DNA of 64,000 bases, taken from the sequence record PQ758395. One strand, given 5' to 3'. The DNA is from Escherichia phage phita32. Positions within the stretch are counted from its first letter, which is position 1; the number at the start of each line of letters is the position of its first letter. A program made the position numbers and the translations under genes. Positions 20,765 through 29,506 of this stretch are shown here, piece after piece. Below the pieces are notes generated by a model. That model was not told where the DNA came from and did not search any database. It saw only the letters and a list, made by a program, of their open reading frames with translations.

Positions 20765-21210
20765 AACAGGTATAGCTCCTTATGAAAGTGGTCTTTTAAT
20801 TTCTCACTGAGGAACCTCTTGATACTTTCCTCTAAAGTGTTTTCGATGTAGTCCAGCTTAACTGCTTCGATGGACATATCATAGATCGCCAGCTCTAAGC
20901 TGTCAAGTCCCATCATAGCATGAACCATAAGATTTTCATCTTCAGATACATTCAGGGGACTTCCTATAACATCTGGAGGCAGAATAGTTTCCCAATTATT
21001 CTGGGTGGTAGTTCTCCCGCCATCCACTTTACGGCGCAGTTCGAATGTGTTCTTAGTGTAGAACACTTCATAAGAAACGATACGACTGTCGCTCTCGTAA
21101 TAAACGAAGTTCAGGTAGGAGCCTAGCCGCAGTCGGCAAACTTCTACCCCAAACCATTGTTTCTTATAAGAATTCAGGCTAATGCTGTCGCATTCACGTT
21201 TGCTCAACAC
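20761..21210 (-). CDS. Hypothetical protein (149 aa)
   Basis: ORF, 4-nt overlap with the neighbour. Confidence 0.35.
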   Translation of the reverse strand: MLSKRECDSISLNSYKKQWFGVEVCRLRLGSYLNFVYYESDSRIVSYEVFYTKNTFELRRKVDGGRTTTQNNWETILPPDVIGSPLNVSEDENLMVHAMMGLDSLELAIYDMSIEAVKLDYIENTLEESIKRFLSEKLKDHFHKELYLL

Positions 21211-21226
21211 GGCTCTCTCCTTTTTG

Positions 21227-21460
21227 TTAATCTTCGTAGATCAGGATCTCTGATCTTGGTTTACGCGCTTTCAGGTCTAATTCTATCCAATGCACCATCG
21301 CAGTCTCAAGAAAAACAGCCTGAATGCACCCGTCTTCAACATGTCCCACCAGCATAACAAGATCTTCACCTTCATCATCTGCATCACGAACATACAGAAT
21401 CTCTCCAGCCTCAAAATCTTTCACAACCTGTTTGTTGGATACTTTCCGAATCTTTGTCAT
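21227..21460 (-). CDS. Small paralog family member 1 (77 aa)
   Basis: Shares M-T..(K)..G.VV...D....V.IV..........FDL pattern with the next three ORFs. Confidence 0.4.
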   Translation of the reverse strand: MTKIRKVSNKQVVKDFEAGEILYVRDADDEGEDLVMLVGHVEDGCIQAVFLETAMVHWIELDLKARKPRSEILIYED

Positions 21461-21461
21461 G

Positions 21462-21728
21462 TTAGAATCCTTCCAGGAAGCTCTTGTAGAAAATAATTTC
21501 AGTGTCTACACCTGTCACGATTTTATCGTTTCGGATCTCATCTGTGAGATAGGTGTCGAAACGTAGCACCTGTGTAGTATTGTCACACATCCACTCAGCT
21601 GTGACAATGGCGAAGATTTTCTCATCTTCATTATCTGGTGTAAATGTTACTACTTCACCACATTTAAATTTTTCAATAGTCTGAGTGTTAGCTTTTGGTT
21701 CTGCGATGGTGATTTTTGTGGTCATCAC
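21462..21728 (-). CDS. Small paralog family member 2 (88 aa)
   Basis: Tandem paralog (see 21227..21460). Confidence 0.4.
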   Translation of the reverse strand: MMTTKITIAEPKANTQTIEKFKCGEVVTFTPDNEDEKIFAIVTAEWMCDNTTQVLRFDTYLTDEIRNDKIVTGVDTEIIFYKSFLEGF

Positions 21729-21985
21729 TCTCCTCCTTCTTTCGAATAAGTCTCTCCAAGGATAGTAATTTTGGTGTCAAGCTCTGTAACTTTCATGTTT
21801 GGTGTCAGGTCGTACAATTCATTATTTTCTAAATCAAATCCCCACACACAATGTTCTCCTGTTTTGACAATCATAACTATGTTTTGAATGCCGTCTCCGT
21901 CGCAACTTACCACGGTCCCACACGGAAAACTATCTGCACGCTTTTTGTTCTTAACCTTAGAATTGAATACAATGCTAGTAGCCAT
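21725..21985 (-). CDS. Small paralog family member 3 (86 aa)
   Basis: Tandem paralog; overlapping stop/start. Confidence 0.4.
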   Translation of the reverse strand: MATSIVFNSKVKNKKRADSFPCGTVVSCDGDGIQNIVMIVKTGEHCVWGFDLENNELYDLTPNMKVTELDTKITILGETYSKEGGE

Positions 21986-22248
21986 TATTGTTCCTCCACC
22001 ATAACTTCGCCAAGAATTTCTATGCAGGCATCCATTTCTGTAACAACCAAACTGTGAGGTAGTTCTACAAACACCTTTCTGAACAGGTCAAATGCCCCAA
22101 CATATATGTTTGCAGGATGTGATTTTACAACAAGTGCTGTATTCACATCCCCAAGCTCATCAACAAACATCACCACAGTGCCTGGGGCTACTGAAGACAG
22201 GTACTTCTTAGTTTTACGGTTTGATGCAAATTTTAACTCTGTTGCCAT
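21985..22248 (-). CDS. Small paralog family member 4 (87 aa)
   Basis: Tandem paralog; ends ILGEV like member 3 (ILGET). Confidence 0.4.
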   Translation of the reverse strand: MATELKFASNRKTKKYLSSVAPGTVVMFVDELGDVNTALVVKSHPANIYVGAFDLFRKVFVELPHSLVVTEMDACIEILGEVMVEEQ

Positions 22249-22263
22249 AAATAATCTCCTCCT

Positions 22264-23724
22264 TTATTTAGCGTACTCGATTAATTCCACAGTTTTCCCA
22301 AAGCTAGGGATATAATTTTTATTATACCCTTCGGTGAGAACCCATAGAGTATCGTACTTTTTCCACTTGTTGTCAACAGCCTTTTGTTCAAAGTTATGCT
22401 CAAAGTATAGATCGGTCAGGACGATGACATCTTTTGCATTTGGTATGTTGGCATCCAGATACTCGAACACGCAAGCAGCTGTTGTGCCCCATGTTGAGTG
22501 GACCTCGTAGTTGATCATCTCATCTATGTTGCCGCGAGTGTATACTTTAACCTCTCCAACCTCAGTTGACCAACAGAACATTGTAACCTTAAACTCTTTA
22601 TACAGATTGCACAATCCGGTGATTTCATTGAACATTTTCTTTAAAGTTCTTTGAGAGATCGAGCCAGAAACGTCTAAAGCTACCACAATATCTATGGTGT
22701 TTTCCGGATTACGACCAGGAACAATAACGTGCTGGTTCTTGTTTATAGCCCCAACTTTTCGCATTGTGCTGGTCAAAGACCCAGATCGGCGACCAGGTTT
22801 TCTGTAGGTCAGTTCAGCCTTTCGTTTAGACAACATGCGTTGCTTAATGATGTCTATATAGTTGATTACAGGCTTACCCCTGTTCTTGACAAACTCACGC
22901 ACCGCCTCAGGGCAACGACCTCCGGAAGCTTGCATTGCTGCCTCCAGCATGTCGCCAGAGTCTTGCATGGCCTGATCTTTATCAGATTGGCTGATTACAG
23001 GTTGTGGCTGATCATACCCCATAGCCTTTCCAAGATCATCACTGGTGCCACCGTTCCCACTCATGTGATCATCTGTTTGTCGCTTATCCCCTTGAGAGTT
23101 CTCACCTTTACCGCTCTTACTTTTACCGTTATTCTGATCTCTTTGCTTATCAAGAACTGCATAGACGTTCTCAGCAATCCATCCATGAAACTTCATGTCG
23201 CAGTAGCAGCTGGCTAAGAAGCCAAAAGGCTTACCTTTTACGAACGTAGTGCTTTTCCCCTTCGGGAAGAAAACACAAGGAGGCTTGCTAAAGTCAACCA
23301 CAAGACCTGTGTTGATAACGTGATCACAAGCAATGTTGAACAGTTCCGGCTCAAAGCTTTTACCACGGACCAGGTGATCACAGATAATATGCCCCACCTC
23401 ATGTGACAGAAGAAAGGCCACCTCTTTCACAGATTTTGGGGAATAGAAAACCTCAGCCATCTCAAACTGCTTGTCAGTCAGAGATGCTTTAAGAATGGTT
23501 TTACGCTCATCTGCCAACCCCATAATGAACTCAGGGCTGTAGTAGATGCGTTTATGGTCTGTTGCCATAGTGGAGCACCATGTGTGGTTTTCTACGAACT
23601 GCAACCCTGACAACAGTGTGCCATAAAACGGCAGCTTTTCAAGAAGATACATGCGTGCTGCCTGCAGCATTCGCAAGGCGTCATCTTTTTGTGCGGCAAT
23701 GATTTCTGAACTTCTGCTATCCAT
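22264..23724 (-). CDS. VWA-domain protein with N-terminal HExxH metallopeptidase-like domain
   Basis: HEVGHIICDH zinc motif; VALDVSGSIS (VWA MIDAS-type DxSGS). Probable start is the ATG at 23724 (GGAG RBS) rather than the TTG at 23745, which lies inside a hairpin. Confidence 0.55.
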   Translation of the reverse strand: MDSRSSEIIAAQKDDALRMLQAARMYLLEKLPFYGTLLSGLQFVENHTWCSTMATDHKRIYYSPEFIMGLADERKTILKASLTDKQFEMAEVFYSPKSVKEVAFLLSHEVGHIICDHLVRGKSFEPELFNIACDHVINTGLVVDFSKPPCVFFPKGKSTTFVKGKPFGFLASCYCDMKFHGWIAENVYAVLDKQRDQNNGKSKSGKGENSQGDKRQTDDHMSGNGGTSDDLGKAMGYDQPQPVISQSDKDQAMQDSGDMLEAAMQASGGRCPEAVREFVKNRGKPVINYIDIIKQRMLSKRKAELTYRKPGRRSGSLTSTMRKVGAINKNQHVIVPGRNPENTIDIVVALDVSGSISQRTLKKMFNEITGLCNLYKEFKVTMFCWSTEVGEVKVYTRGNIDEMINYEVHSTWGTTAACVFEYLDANIPNAKDVIVLTDLYFEHNFEQKAVDNKWKKYDTLWVLTEGYNKNYIPSFGKTVELIEYAK

Positions 23725-23735
23725 TAAAACTCCAG

Positions 23736-23752
23736 AAGGGGCCAATGGCCCC
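23736..23752 (-). terminator. Intergenic hairpin (AGGGGCCAATGGCCCCT), partial terminator
   Basis: Perfect GC stem between two co-oriented minus-strand genes, followed on the minus strand by a T-containing tract. Confidence 0.35.
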
Positions 23753-23757
23753 TGTCA

Positions 23758-24747
23758 TTATTTAACGTGCTTGAAAATACCAGCCAACTCGGTCATTGTC
23801 ATGCGAGTGGTCTTCATAAGGTCTGTCATAGCCTTCTCCATAATTGGAGATACTACCATAAAGTTACCCTTGGTGAAACCTTTATTCCAGTCGGTCACTA
23901 ATAGTGGTTTAAGTCCGGCCCCGAGACGCTCACCAGTCAAAGCACAACATTTTCGGATGTATGTGCTCTTAAACTGGCTGAATGACAAGTCAACTTTCAT
24001 ACCTGCATCGTAGAACGTCTGGCAATAGAAAGTGTAAGCTTTGGCAATCTCAACATCGTCAGGCAGTGCAGGAACCTCTTCTGTGAGCTCTTCTTCGCCC
24101 CCTTGAGGCTCTTTTTCCTCTTCGTGATCCTGTTGCATCATTTCTTCAATCTCTTCTGTTACAGGCTCATTTACGATGTCAGAAATGTGCTTGTTGGCTC
24201 CACGATTAGCCATGAAGTTTTTAAAATCCCGCATTGGTGACATATCTTCCTCCCATTCTTCGTCAAAGAGTGCTAGTTTATCCTCTTCCGTTCCATATTG
24301 CAAGATGAAATCTTCAAAAGTGTAATCACCTTTCAATTTCTCCATACGCTCTTCGCTCAGGTGGAGCATCATCTGCTGGACAATTTTTCGATCAGTTTTG
24401 TCTTTAATCAAGACTGCGGTCTTTTTATCTACCAGACAGTCCTTTAGAGAGTTGCATCTCAATCCTACCACACAACAGTTATCAACCGCGTAAGGACCTT
24501 CATCATCTATCCGCTCTAGAGATGGGTAGAAAGGATTTCCCAGTCCGTTTTCATCTGTGTGCATGTCGAAAGGTATAAGGGTATAGTCGCATACCCCTTC
24601 TCCTAAAAGTTTTTTACCAAATAGGAGGTATTCTTCCCACGACAGGTTGAACTCTATATCTCGTTTCCGTGCATTATTCTGTTTGCGTCTATATTTTTTG
24701 AGCAGGCGCTCTAACTCTTCTGGTGTATAATATTTTTCAAGATTCAT
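23758..24747 (-). CDS. HNH-motif protein
   Basis: SLERIDDEGPYAVDNCCVVGLRCNSLK fits the HNH signature (..RID..xxY..DN....C..CN..K). The track start (TTG at 24813) overlaps a promoter, so the ATG at 24747 is preferred. Confidence 0.4.
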   Translation of the reverse strand: MNLEKYYTPEELERLLKKYRRKQNNARKRDIEFNLSWEEYLLFGKKLLGEGVCDYTLIPFDMHTDENGLGNPFYPSLERIDDEGPYAVDNCCVVGLRCNSLKDCLVDKKTAVLIKDKTDRKIVQQMMLHLSEERMEKLKGDYTFEDFILQYGTEEDKLALFDEEWEEDMSPMRDFKNFMANRGANKHISDIVNEPVTEEIEEMMQQDHEEEKEPQGGEEELTEEVPALPDDVEIAKAYTFYCQTFYDAGMKVDLSFSQFKSTYIRKCCALTGERLGAGLKPLLVTDWNKGFTKGNFMVVSPIMEKAMTDLMKTTRMTMTELAGIFKHVK

Positions 24748-24778
24748 GAGTTGTCTCTCGTGCTCTGTAAGTGAAGAA

Positions 24779-24807
24779 ATCGTATCAATTGTCTCAACAG
24801 ATGTCAA
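24779..24807 (-). promoter_or_regulatory. Sigma70-like promoter for the minus-strand operon
   Basis: TTGACA (minus strand) with about 17-nt spacer and TACGAT -10; back-to-back with the + strand promoter. Confidence 0.35.
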
Positions 24808-24820
24808 TATCAAAAACGTG

Positions 24821-24849
24821 TTGACTTTACTCTAAATATCCGATATAGT
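24821..24849 (+). promoter_or_regulatory. Sigma70-like promoter (TTGACT-N17-TATAGT)
   Basis: Near-consensus -35/-10 with 17-nt spacer, about 40 nt upstream of the ATG at 24890. Confidence 0.6.
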
Positions 24850-24889
24850 GCACCCATTCGAAAGAAAACTAACATAGGAGCACTCACTC

Positions 24890-25789
24890 ATGGCAAATCT
24901 TAACAGTTTTAGTACTCGGTGGCAACAGGATATAACAACCAATCTCTCAGCTGGAGATATTCTTTCTGCAATTTACGAGGCTTTGGATGCTAAAGCTACT
25001 TCAAAAGCGGTTTGTACCAACCCGCTAATCCCTATAGTGATGAAGGTGATTGAGCGTAGATTGGTATCTGGGTCTGATAAGTGGACATATTTAGATAATG
25101 AAGGACACACCTATTCCAATGGGTATGTCGATATAAAAGTAGAATACGCGGTATCATACCGCCGGAGCGGTTCTGTGACTTTCAACTTTTCTGGAGGTTT
25201 CCGATCTCTGGCAACTTCACCTTTTGTTTCCTCAGAAGAGAAGTTTGAACTTCCGTTCCTTTGGATGATGGCTAACGCGACAGGAAAAACCCCCGTGAGC
25301 ATTCGCGTAAAATACAACTACAACGGATCTAGTAAGATCTATGCCGAGAGTATCTCAGCAAGTTTTTATTTTGTGATGGGGGATGGAATCCTCAAACATA
25401 TAAAGATGTGCGATATGCATGATGTTATAAATGAAGTGACTGATAAGAATGTTCTGGTGAAGGACCTAAACAATTTCTATACACCTGGGGACTATTACGT
25501 CAACCGCCCACTGTGCATCTTTAATGCTGCACATCCTTTGGGTGAATACCTGATCGTTAATAGTGACATTGCTAACAACATTTTTGAACTGGCAAGAGTA
25601 CAAAATGAGGTATTGACATCCTGCAAGAGTGGTGATAAATTCACTGATGAAGAGATGGGTGTTTTAGAAATGATGGGGTATAAATGCAGTCTTTGGGTAG
25701 ATGAGGTGTTTAATGACTACATCTACGGACAGGATATTTACCCGTTAAAGAAGTATACTGATACAAGTTTAATTTATGCGGGGATTTGA
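24890..25789 (+). CDS. Hypothetical protein (299 aa)
   Basis: First gene of the + strand operon; GGAG RBS. Confidence 0.4.
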   Translation: MANLNSFSTRWQQDITTNLSAGDILSAIYEALDAKATSKAVCTNPLIPIVMKVIERRLVSGSDKWTYLDNEGHTYSNGYVDIKVEYAVSYRRSGSVTFNFSGGFRSLATSPFVSSEEKFELPFLWMMANATGKTPVSIRVKYNYNGSSKIYAESISASFYFVMGDGILKHIKMCDMHDVINEVTDKNVLVKDLNNFYTPGDYYVNRPLCIFNAAHPLGEYLIVNSDIANNIFELARVQNEVLTSCKSGDKFTDEEMGVLEMMGYKCSLWVDEVFNDYIYGQDIYPLKKYTDTSLIYAGI

Positions 25790-26064
25790 CTATGATGAAG
25801 GCATGTGGTAATGTATATTACGTCGGTGAGCATGTTCAGGCAGACAGTGTGTGGAAATCTATTAAGTCCACCACTGACGATGCCTTTCTGAGTGGACTAT
25901 GTTTCCCCAATCCGGGAGACATCCTCCCTCACCCTGGGGATTTTGTTGTCAACAAGATGGACGGTTATACCGTGTGCCTGATGGTTGAAAAAATCTTTTT
26001 AGACACTAGGCACAATCACCGTCTTGTGTTAAAATTTCAAGAATGTAAAATGACAATTGCCTAA
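25786..26064 (+). CDS. Hypothetical protein (92 aa)
   Basis: ORF, 4-nt overlap with the upstream gene. Confidence 0.35.
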   Translation: MTMMKACGNVYYVGEHVQADSVWKSIKSTTDDAFLSGLCFPNPGDILPHPGDFVVNKMDGYTVCLMVEKIFLDTRHNHRLVLKFQECKMTIA

Positions 26065-26077
26065 GGAGGCCTTACCT

Positions 26078-26434
26078 ATGTCTAAAGTTACTTATCGTGC
26101 AGCTATTTACTGCAATGAACACCCAATCAATAATGATGGTCACTGCCTTTTTAAAGAAAATCAGTTGGGCTGTATTGTCCTACCTGATGAAGGGGAAGGT
26201 TATCTGATTGCATTGACAGGGTTTGAGCCTGAAGCTCTGGAAGCCAATCTGGACTACCTGGTAGAAGAGGGTGCTGCAGACCTGGTTGCCAATGGCCTCT
26301 CCGTAAGCCTTGACGAAGTGGAGCGCTTCATGGGTAATTACCGTGTAGTGCGTGAGTTTACTATCGAGGTTGAAACTCCAGAGTGGGGCAGTCCTGAAAC
26401 TGATATCGAAGAAAAAGAAGAGGGGGTAGAATAA
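26078..26434 (+). CDS. Hypothetical acidic protein (about 118 aa)
   Basis: ATG at 26078 with AAGGAGG RBS at 8-nt spacing, preferred over the TTG at 26057. Confidence 0.4.
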   Translation: MSKVTYRAAIYCNEHPINNDGHCLFKENQLGCIVLPDEGEGYLIALTGFEPEALEANLDYLVEEGAADLVANGLSVSLDEVERFMGNYRVVREFTIEVETPEWGSPETDIEEKEEGVE

Positions 26435-26691
26435 TGAAAGTGCAGATCTTGACTAATGCCGAGAAGATGTTTATTGAAGATACACCTTTTGAAGCTGGTG
26501 AGCTACAGTTTGTTTATTTTGTTGACTTAGATAAGGTGTTTCCTGCACTGAATCTGGGTCTGGATGAAGTTCCTCATAAGGTTTTGTGCCAGGTTGTTCG
26601 TGCCTTAGCGGCAGATGGGGAGTTCCACACCCTTCAAGATATCCAGACCTACGGGTATCTTGAACTACAACGAGAAGAAGAGGTGGACTAA
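26434..26691 (+). CDS. Hypothetical protein (85 aa)
   Basis: ORF with overlapping stop/start. Confidence 0.35.
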   Translation: MKVQILTNAEKMFIEDTPFEAGELQFVYFVDLDKVFPALNLGLDEVPHKVLCQVVRALAADGEFHTLQDIQTYGYLELQREEEVD

Positions 26692-26693
26692 TA

Positions 26694-27074
26694 ATGGCCC
26701 GGTGGAAGACAACAGTTGACCTTCATGATCAGTGGTTAGGACGCATCACTGAAGACGGGAAACTAGTGGAGTGGGACAATAAGCATGTTAGCGAGTTGGC
26801 AAGTATTGTGGCTGGCAAGTTACGCTCCAAGTTCCCTGAACAACTGGATCCTGATAATCCAAAGTTCGATCCTGAGTTGGAGGATGTTGTATACTACTTC
26901 GATACTGTGGATGACTACGATGCGTGGTTTGCAGCACGGGAGCTTTACCCACAAGGATCTGCTATGCGCCAGATGGAAGAAGATTATCCTCCGTGCGAGC
27001 AATTCAATAGCGCAATGACTTGCCTCTACGATTGGGCAGATAAGAACCTTGTCTGGATTCGGACCGTATTCTAG
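26694..27074 (+). CDS. Hypothetical protein (126 aa)
   Basis: ORF, co-oriented. Confidence 0.35.
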   Translation: MARWKTTVDLHDQWLGRITEDGKLVEWDNKHVSELASIVAGKLRSKFPEQLDPDNPKFDPELEDVVYYFDTVDDYDAWFAARELYPQGSAMRQMEEDYPPCEQFNSAMTCLYDWADKNLVWIRTVF

Positions 27075-27080
27075 CAGGCG

Positions 27081-27383
27081 GTGGCAAGGATGCCACTTAA
27101 AAGAGTAATAAACATGTTATACCAGAAACACGAACTTTGTGTAGAAAAAGAGTTAAATTTTGACAAAGTTATCCACCGATATTGTTATGGGAAAACCAGA
27201 AGACAACTAAGAAGGTGTGCTCCAACATTCTTTCACCCCAGTAGACGGCTAAGTCCTGAAGAGGCGACAGCAGAAAGGGTTGCATACAACTGGGAAGTTG
27301 TGTACGATATTGACAGATCCGATGTGACATCTGTTTTGGAAAACTTTGAAAACACTTACACACAAGTAGAGGACTTTTACTAA
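27081..27383 (+). CDS. Hypothetical protein (100 aa)
   Basis: ORF (GTG start in track). Confidence 0.3.
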   Translation: MARMPLKRVINMLYQKHELCVEKELNFDKVIHRYCYGKTRRQLRRCAPTFFHPSRRLSPEEATAERVAYNWEVVYDIDRSDVTSVLENFENTYTQVEDFY

Positions 27384-28567
27384 TGTCAAGAAACGTATTT
27401 GAAAGTGGTCAAATCACTGTCCGTGAGTTGCCAGCTATCATTCAGTTTGCCCAGCGTCATAACCGATCTGTCCTGATTTTAGGACCAATGGGTGTGGGAA
27501 AGAGTCAGGTGATGAAGCAGATCGCTGATAATATGTTCGGTGAGCGAGATGACAACCTGGTTGACGTGCGGCTGTCAGATAAAGATCCTGCCGACTTATC
27601 TGGGCTACCTATCCCTGTAGAAGCGGATGGAACTACACGTACAGTGTTTGCAATTCCAGAATTTTGGCCTGCAGATCCGGACTGGAGCGGAATTATCTTT
27701 CTGGATGAGCTTACTCATGCAGATAACTACCTGCAAAAGGTTGCAATGCAAATTATGCTCGACCATAAGTGCGGCACCTATGCATTCCCTAAAGGCTCTG
27801 TTTTTGTGGCTGCGGGTAACCGTTCTACAGATGGTGCGGTTCTTTCGGCGCTCGAAGCTCCTCTGGCTAACCGCTTTATCATTGTAGAAGTTACAAGCAA
27901 TGCAGAGGTGTTTATTGAGGACTACGCATTCCTTAATGGGGTTCACTCCTCTGTAATTGGGTATCTGAAAAGAGTTCCATCAGCTATTGATAATTATGAG
28001 GCTATGGCTGAGATTAATTGTCCATCTTTTGCCACACCACGATCTTGGGTTGCTGCATCTGACATCTTGCACGATTTTGACAGCGGTATTATTTCTGACG
28101 CTATGGCCCGTGTTCTTCTGCAAGGTGCTATTGGTCACACTGCAGCGGTAGAGATCTGGACATACCACACCAAGAAACGCAATTTACCGGAAATCGGTCG
28201 GATTATGGCAGGTGGTTGCAAAGAATACGTAGGTCCTAAGCAGCCAGACATCTTGTGGATTCTTGGATCTGAAGGTTGTATCGCTATTCGCAATATGATG
28301 GAAAATGCAAGTATCTCCGACGAAGATCTTGTTAGCTGTGTGGCAAACTTCCTCGATTTCCTTTGGGAAAATTTCAAGGACGAGAACCGAGATTTTGTAT
28401 TCTCAGTCTTTATGGCGATGATGAAACCTAACGCCTTAGGAAATGCCTTGCTTATCGGTAAAGGGCGTGACAAGATCGTTGCTCAACTGATCAAAGCATA
28501 CCCAAACCTGATGAAGATTGTAAAAGAGTTTGGTGAAGAGTTTAGCGCCATTTTAGCTAAAGCTTGA
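27383..28567 (+). CDS. AAA+ ATPase (MoxR/AAA_5-like)
   Basis: Walker A LILGPMGVGKSQV; Walker B IIFLDELTHA; sensor/arginine region VAAGNRS. Confidence 0.6.
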   Translation: MSRNVFESGQITVRELPAIIQFAQRHNRSVLILGPMGVGKSQVMKQIADNMFGERDDNLVDVRLSDKDPADLSGLPIPVEADGTTRTVFAIPEFWPADPDWSGIIFLDELTHADNYLQKVAMQIMLDHKCGTYAFPKGSVFVAAGNRSTDGAVLSALEAPLANRFIIVEVTSNAEVFIEDYAFLNGVHSSVIGYLKRVPSAIDNYEAMAEINCPSFATPRSWVAASDILHDFDSGIISDAMARVLLQGAIGHTAAVEIWTYHTKKRNLPEIGRIMAGGCKEYVGPKQPDILWILGSEGCIAIRNMMENASISDEDLVSCVANFLDFLWENFKDENRDFVFSVFMAMMKPNALGNALLIGKGRDKIVAQLIKAYPNLMKIVKEFGEEFSAILAKA

Positions 28568-28576
28568 GGAGGTTGT

Positions 28577-28957
28577 ATGGCTAAAGTAGGTAAGCGGGGA
28601 AACTACCTGGTGGTATTGACCGAGGAGCCGGAGAAGGAGTACGAATGCAGCTCCACTTGCGTGATCGATATCCGAGAAAAGGATGTGGATGAAATCTGGT
28701 TTGAAATATTAGACGCTTGCGACAGCAGTGATTATTTCTTCATCTATGTCAACGATAAGGCTGGATTCTTCCATGACGACGGAGAGTTGCCATATGAAAT
28801 CTATGAACTTGTAGAGGCTTGCCATCGTGGAGATGCGGAGTTGTTTGGCCTACGGCTGAAAAGCGGTAAATTCTTCTATCAAGATGAGTGCATGAATCTT
28901 CATAACTTTGTAGAAGGAACTTGCAACGATGGAGAGATTTTGGCACACTACGATTAA
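28577..28957 (+). CDS. Hypothetical protein (126 aa)
   Basis: GGAGG RBS; terminator follows. Confidence 0.35.
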   Translation: MAKVGKRGNYLVVLTEEPEKEYECSSTCVIDIREKDVDEIWFEILDACDSSDYFFIYVNDKAGFFHDDGELPYEIYELVEACHRGDAELFGLRLKSGKFFYQDECMNLHNFVEGTCNDGEILAHYD

Positions 28958-28968
28958 TTTCTAAGACA

Positions 28969-28995
28969 CCCCCGCTTCGGCGGGGATTTTCTATT
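28969..28995 (+). terminator. Intrinsic terminator (CCCCGC-TTCG-GCGGGG + T-run)
   Basis: Same stem-loop type as at 2537; followed by ATTTTCTATTT. Confidence 0.6.
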
Positions 28996-29005
28996 TGGAG
29001 TTATT

Positions 29006-29506
29006 GTGAAAATTAAGATCTTTGCTATTATTTTGAGCGCATTTTTATCGCTGCCTGTTGTTGCAGCACCAAAGCAAAAAGTATATCATACTTGCAAGCC
29101 ATCGGATACTAAGGAAAACATTCTGGCATGCAATATCTACAGAGAAGCTAGAGGTGATGGCACGATGAGTATGCTGGCATCTGGGTTTGCCACACTGAAC
29201 AGGAAATCCCACCCTAAATACCCAGACACTATAAGAAAGATTGTCTACCAACCTAACCAGTTTTCGTGGACAAACCACGGCAAAACTTTTAAGGTGACAG
29301 AAAAAGATTCATGGGATCACGCTAAAAGTCTTGCAAAGATGCTTCTAAAGGTCTATAATAACAACCATGTTGCATACATGGCTATGGACATAACAGGTGG
29401 AGCAACACACTACCATACAACCAAAGTACGACCGAAATGGGCAAAAAAGATGCAGAGGACAGCTCAATTCGGGAGTCATATCTACTACAAGGAGCGCAAT
29501 AAATGA
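29006..29506 (+). CDS. Secreted cell-wall hydrolase, SleB/CwlJ-like (signal peptide)
   Basis: GTG start with GGAG RBS; N-terminal signal peptide (KIFAIILSAFLSLPVVAAP); motifs NIYREARGD..VYQPNQFSW..ATHYH characteristic of the SleB/Hydrolase_2 family. Confidence 0.55.
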   Translation: MKIKIFAIILSAFLSLPVVAAPKQKVYHTCKPSDTKENILACNIYREARGDGTMSMLASGFATLNRKSHPKYPDTIRKIVYQPNQFSWTNHGKTFKVTEKDSWDHAKSLAKMLLKVYNNNHVAYMAMDITGGATHYHTTKVRPKWAKKMQRTAQFGSHIYYKERNK

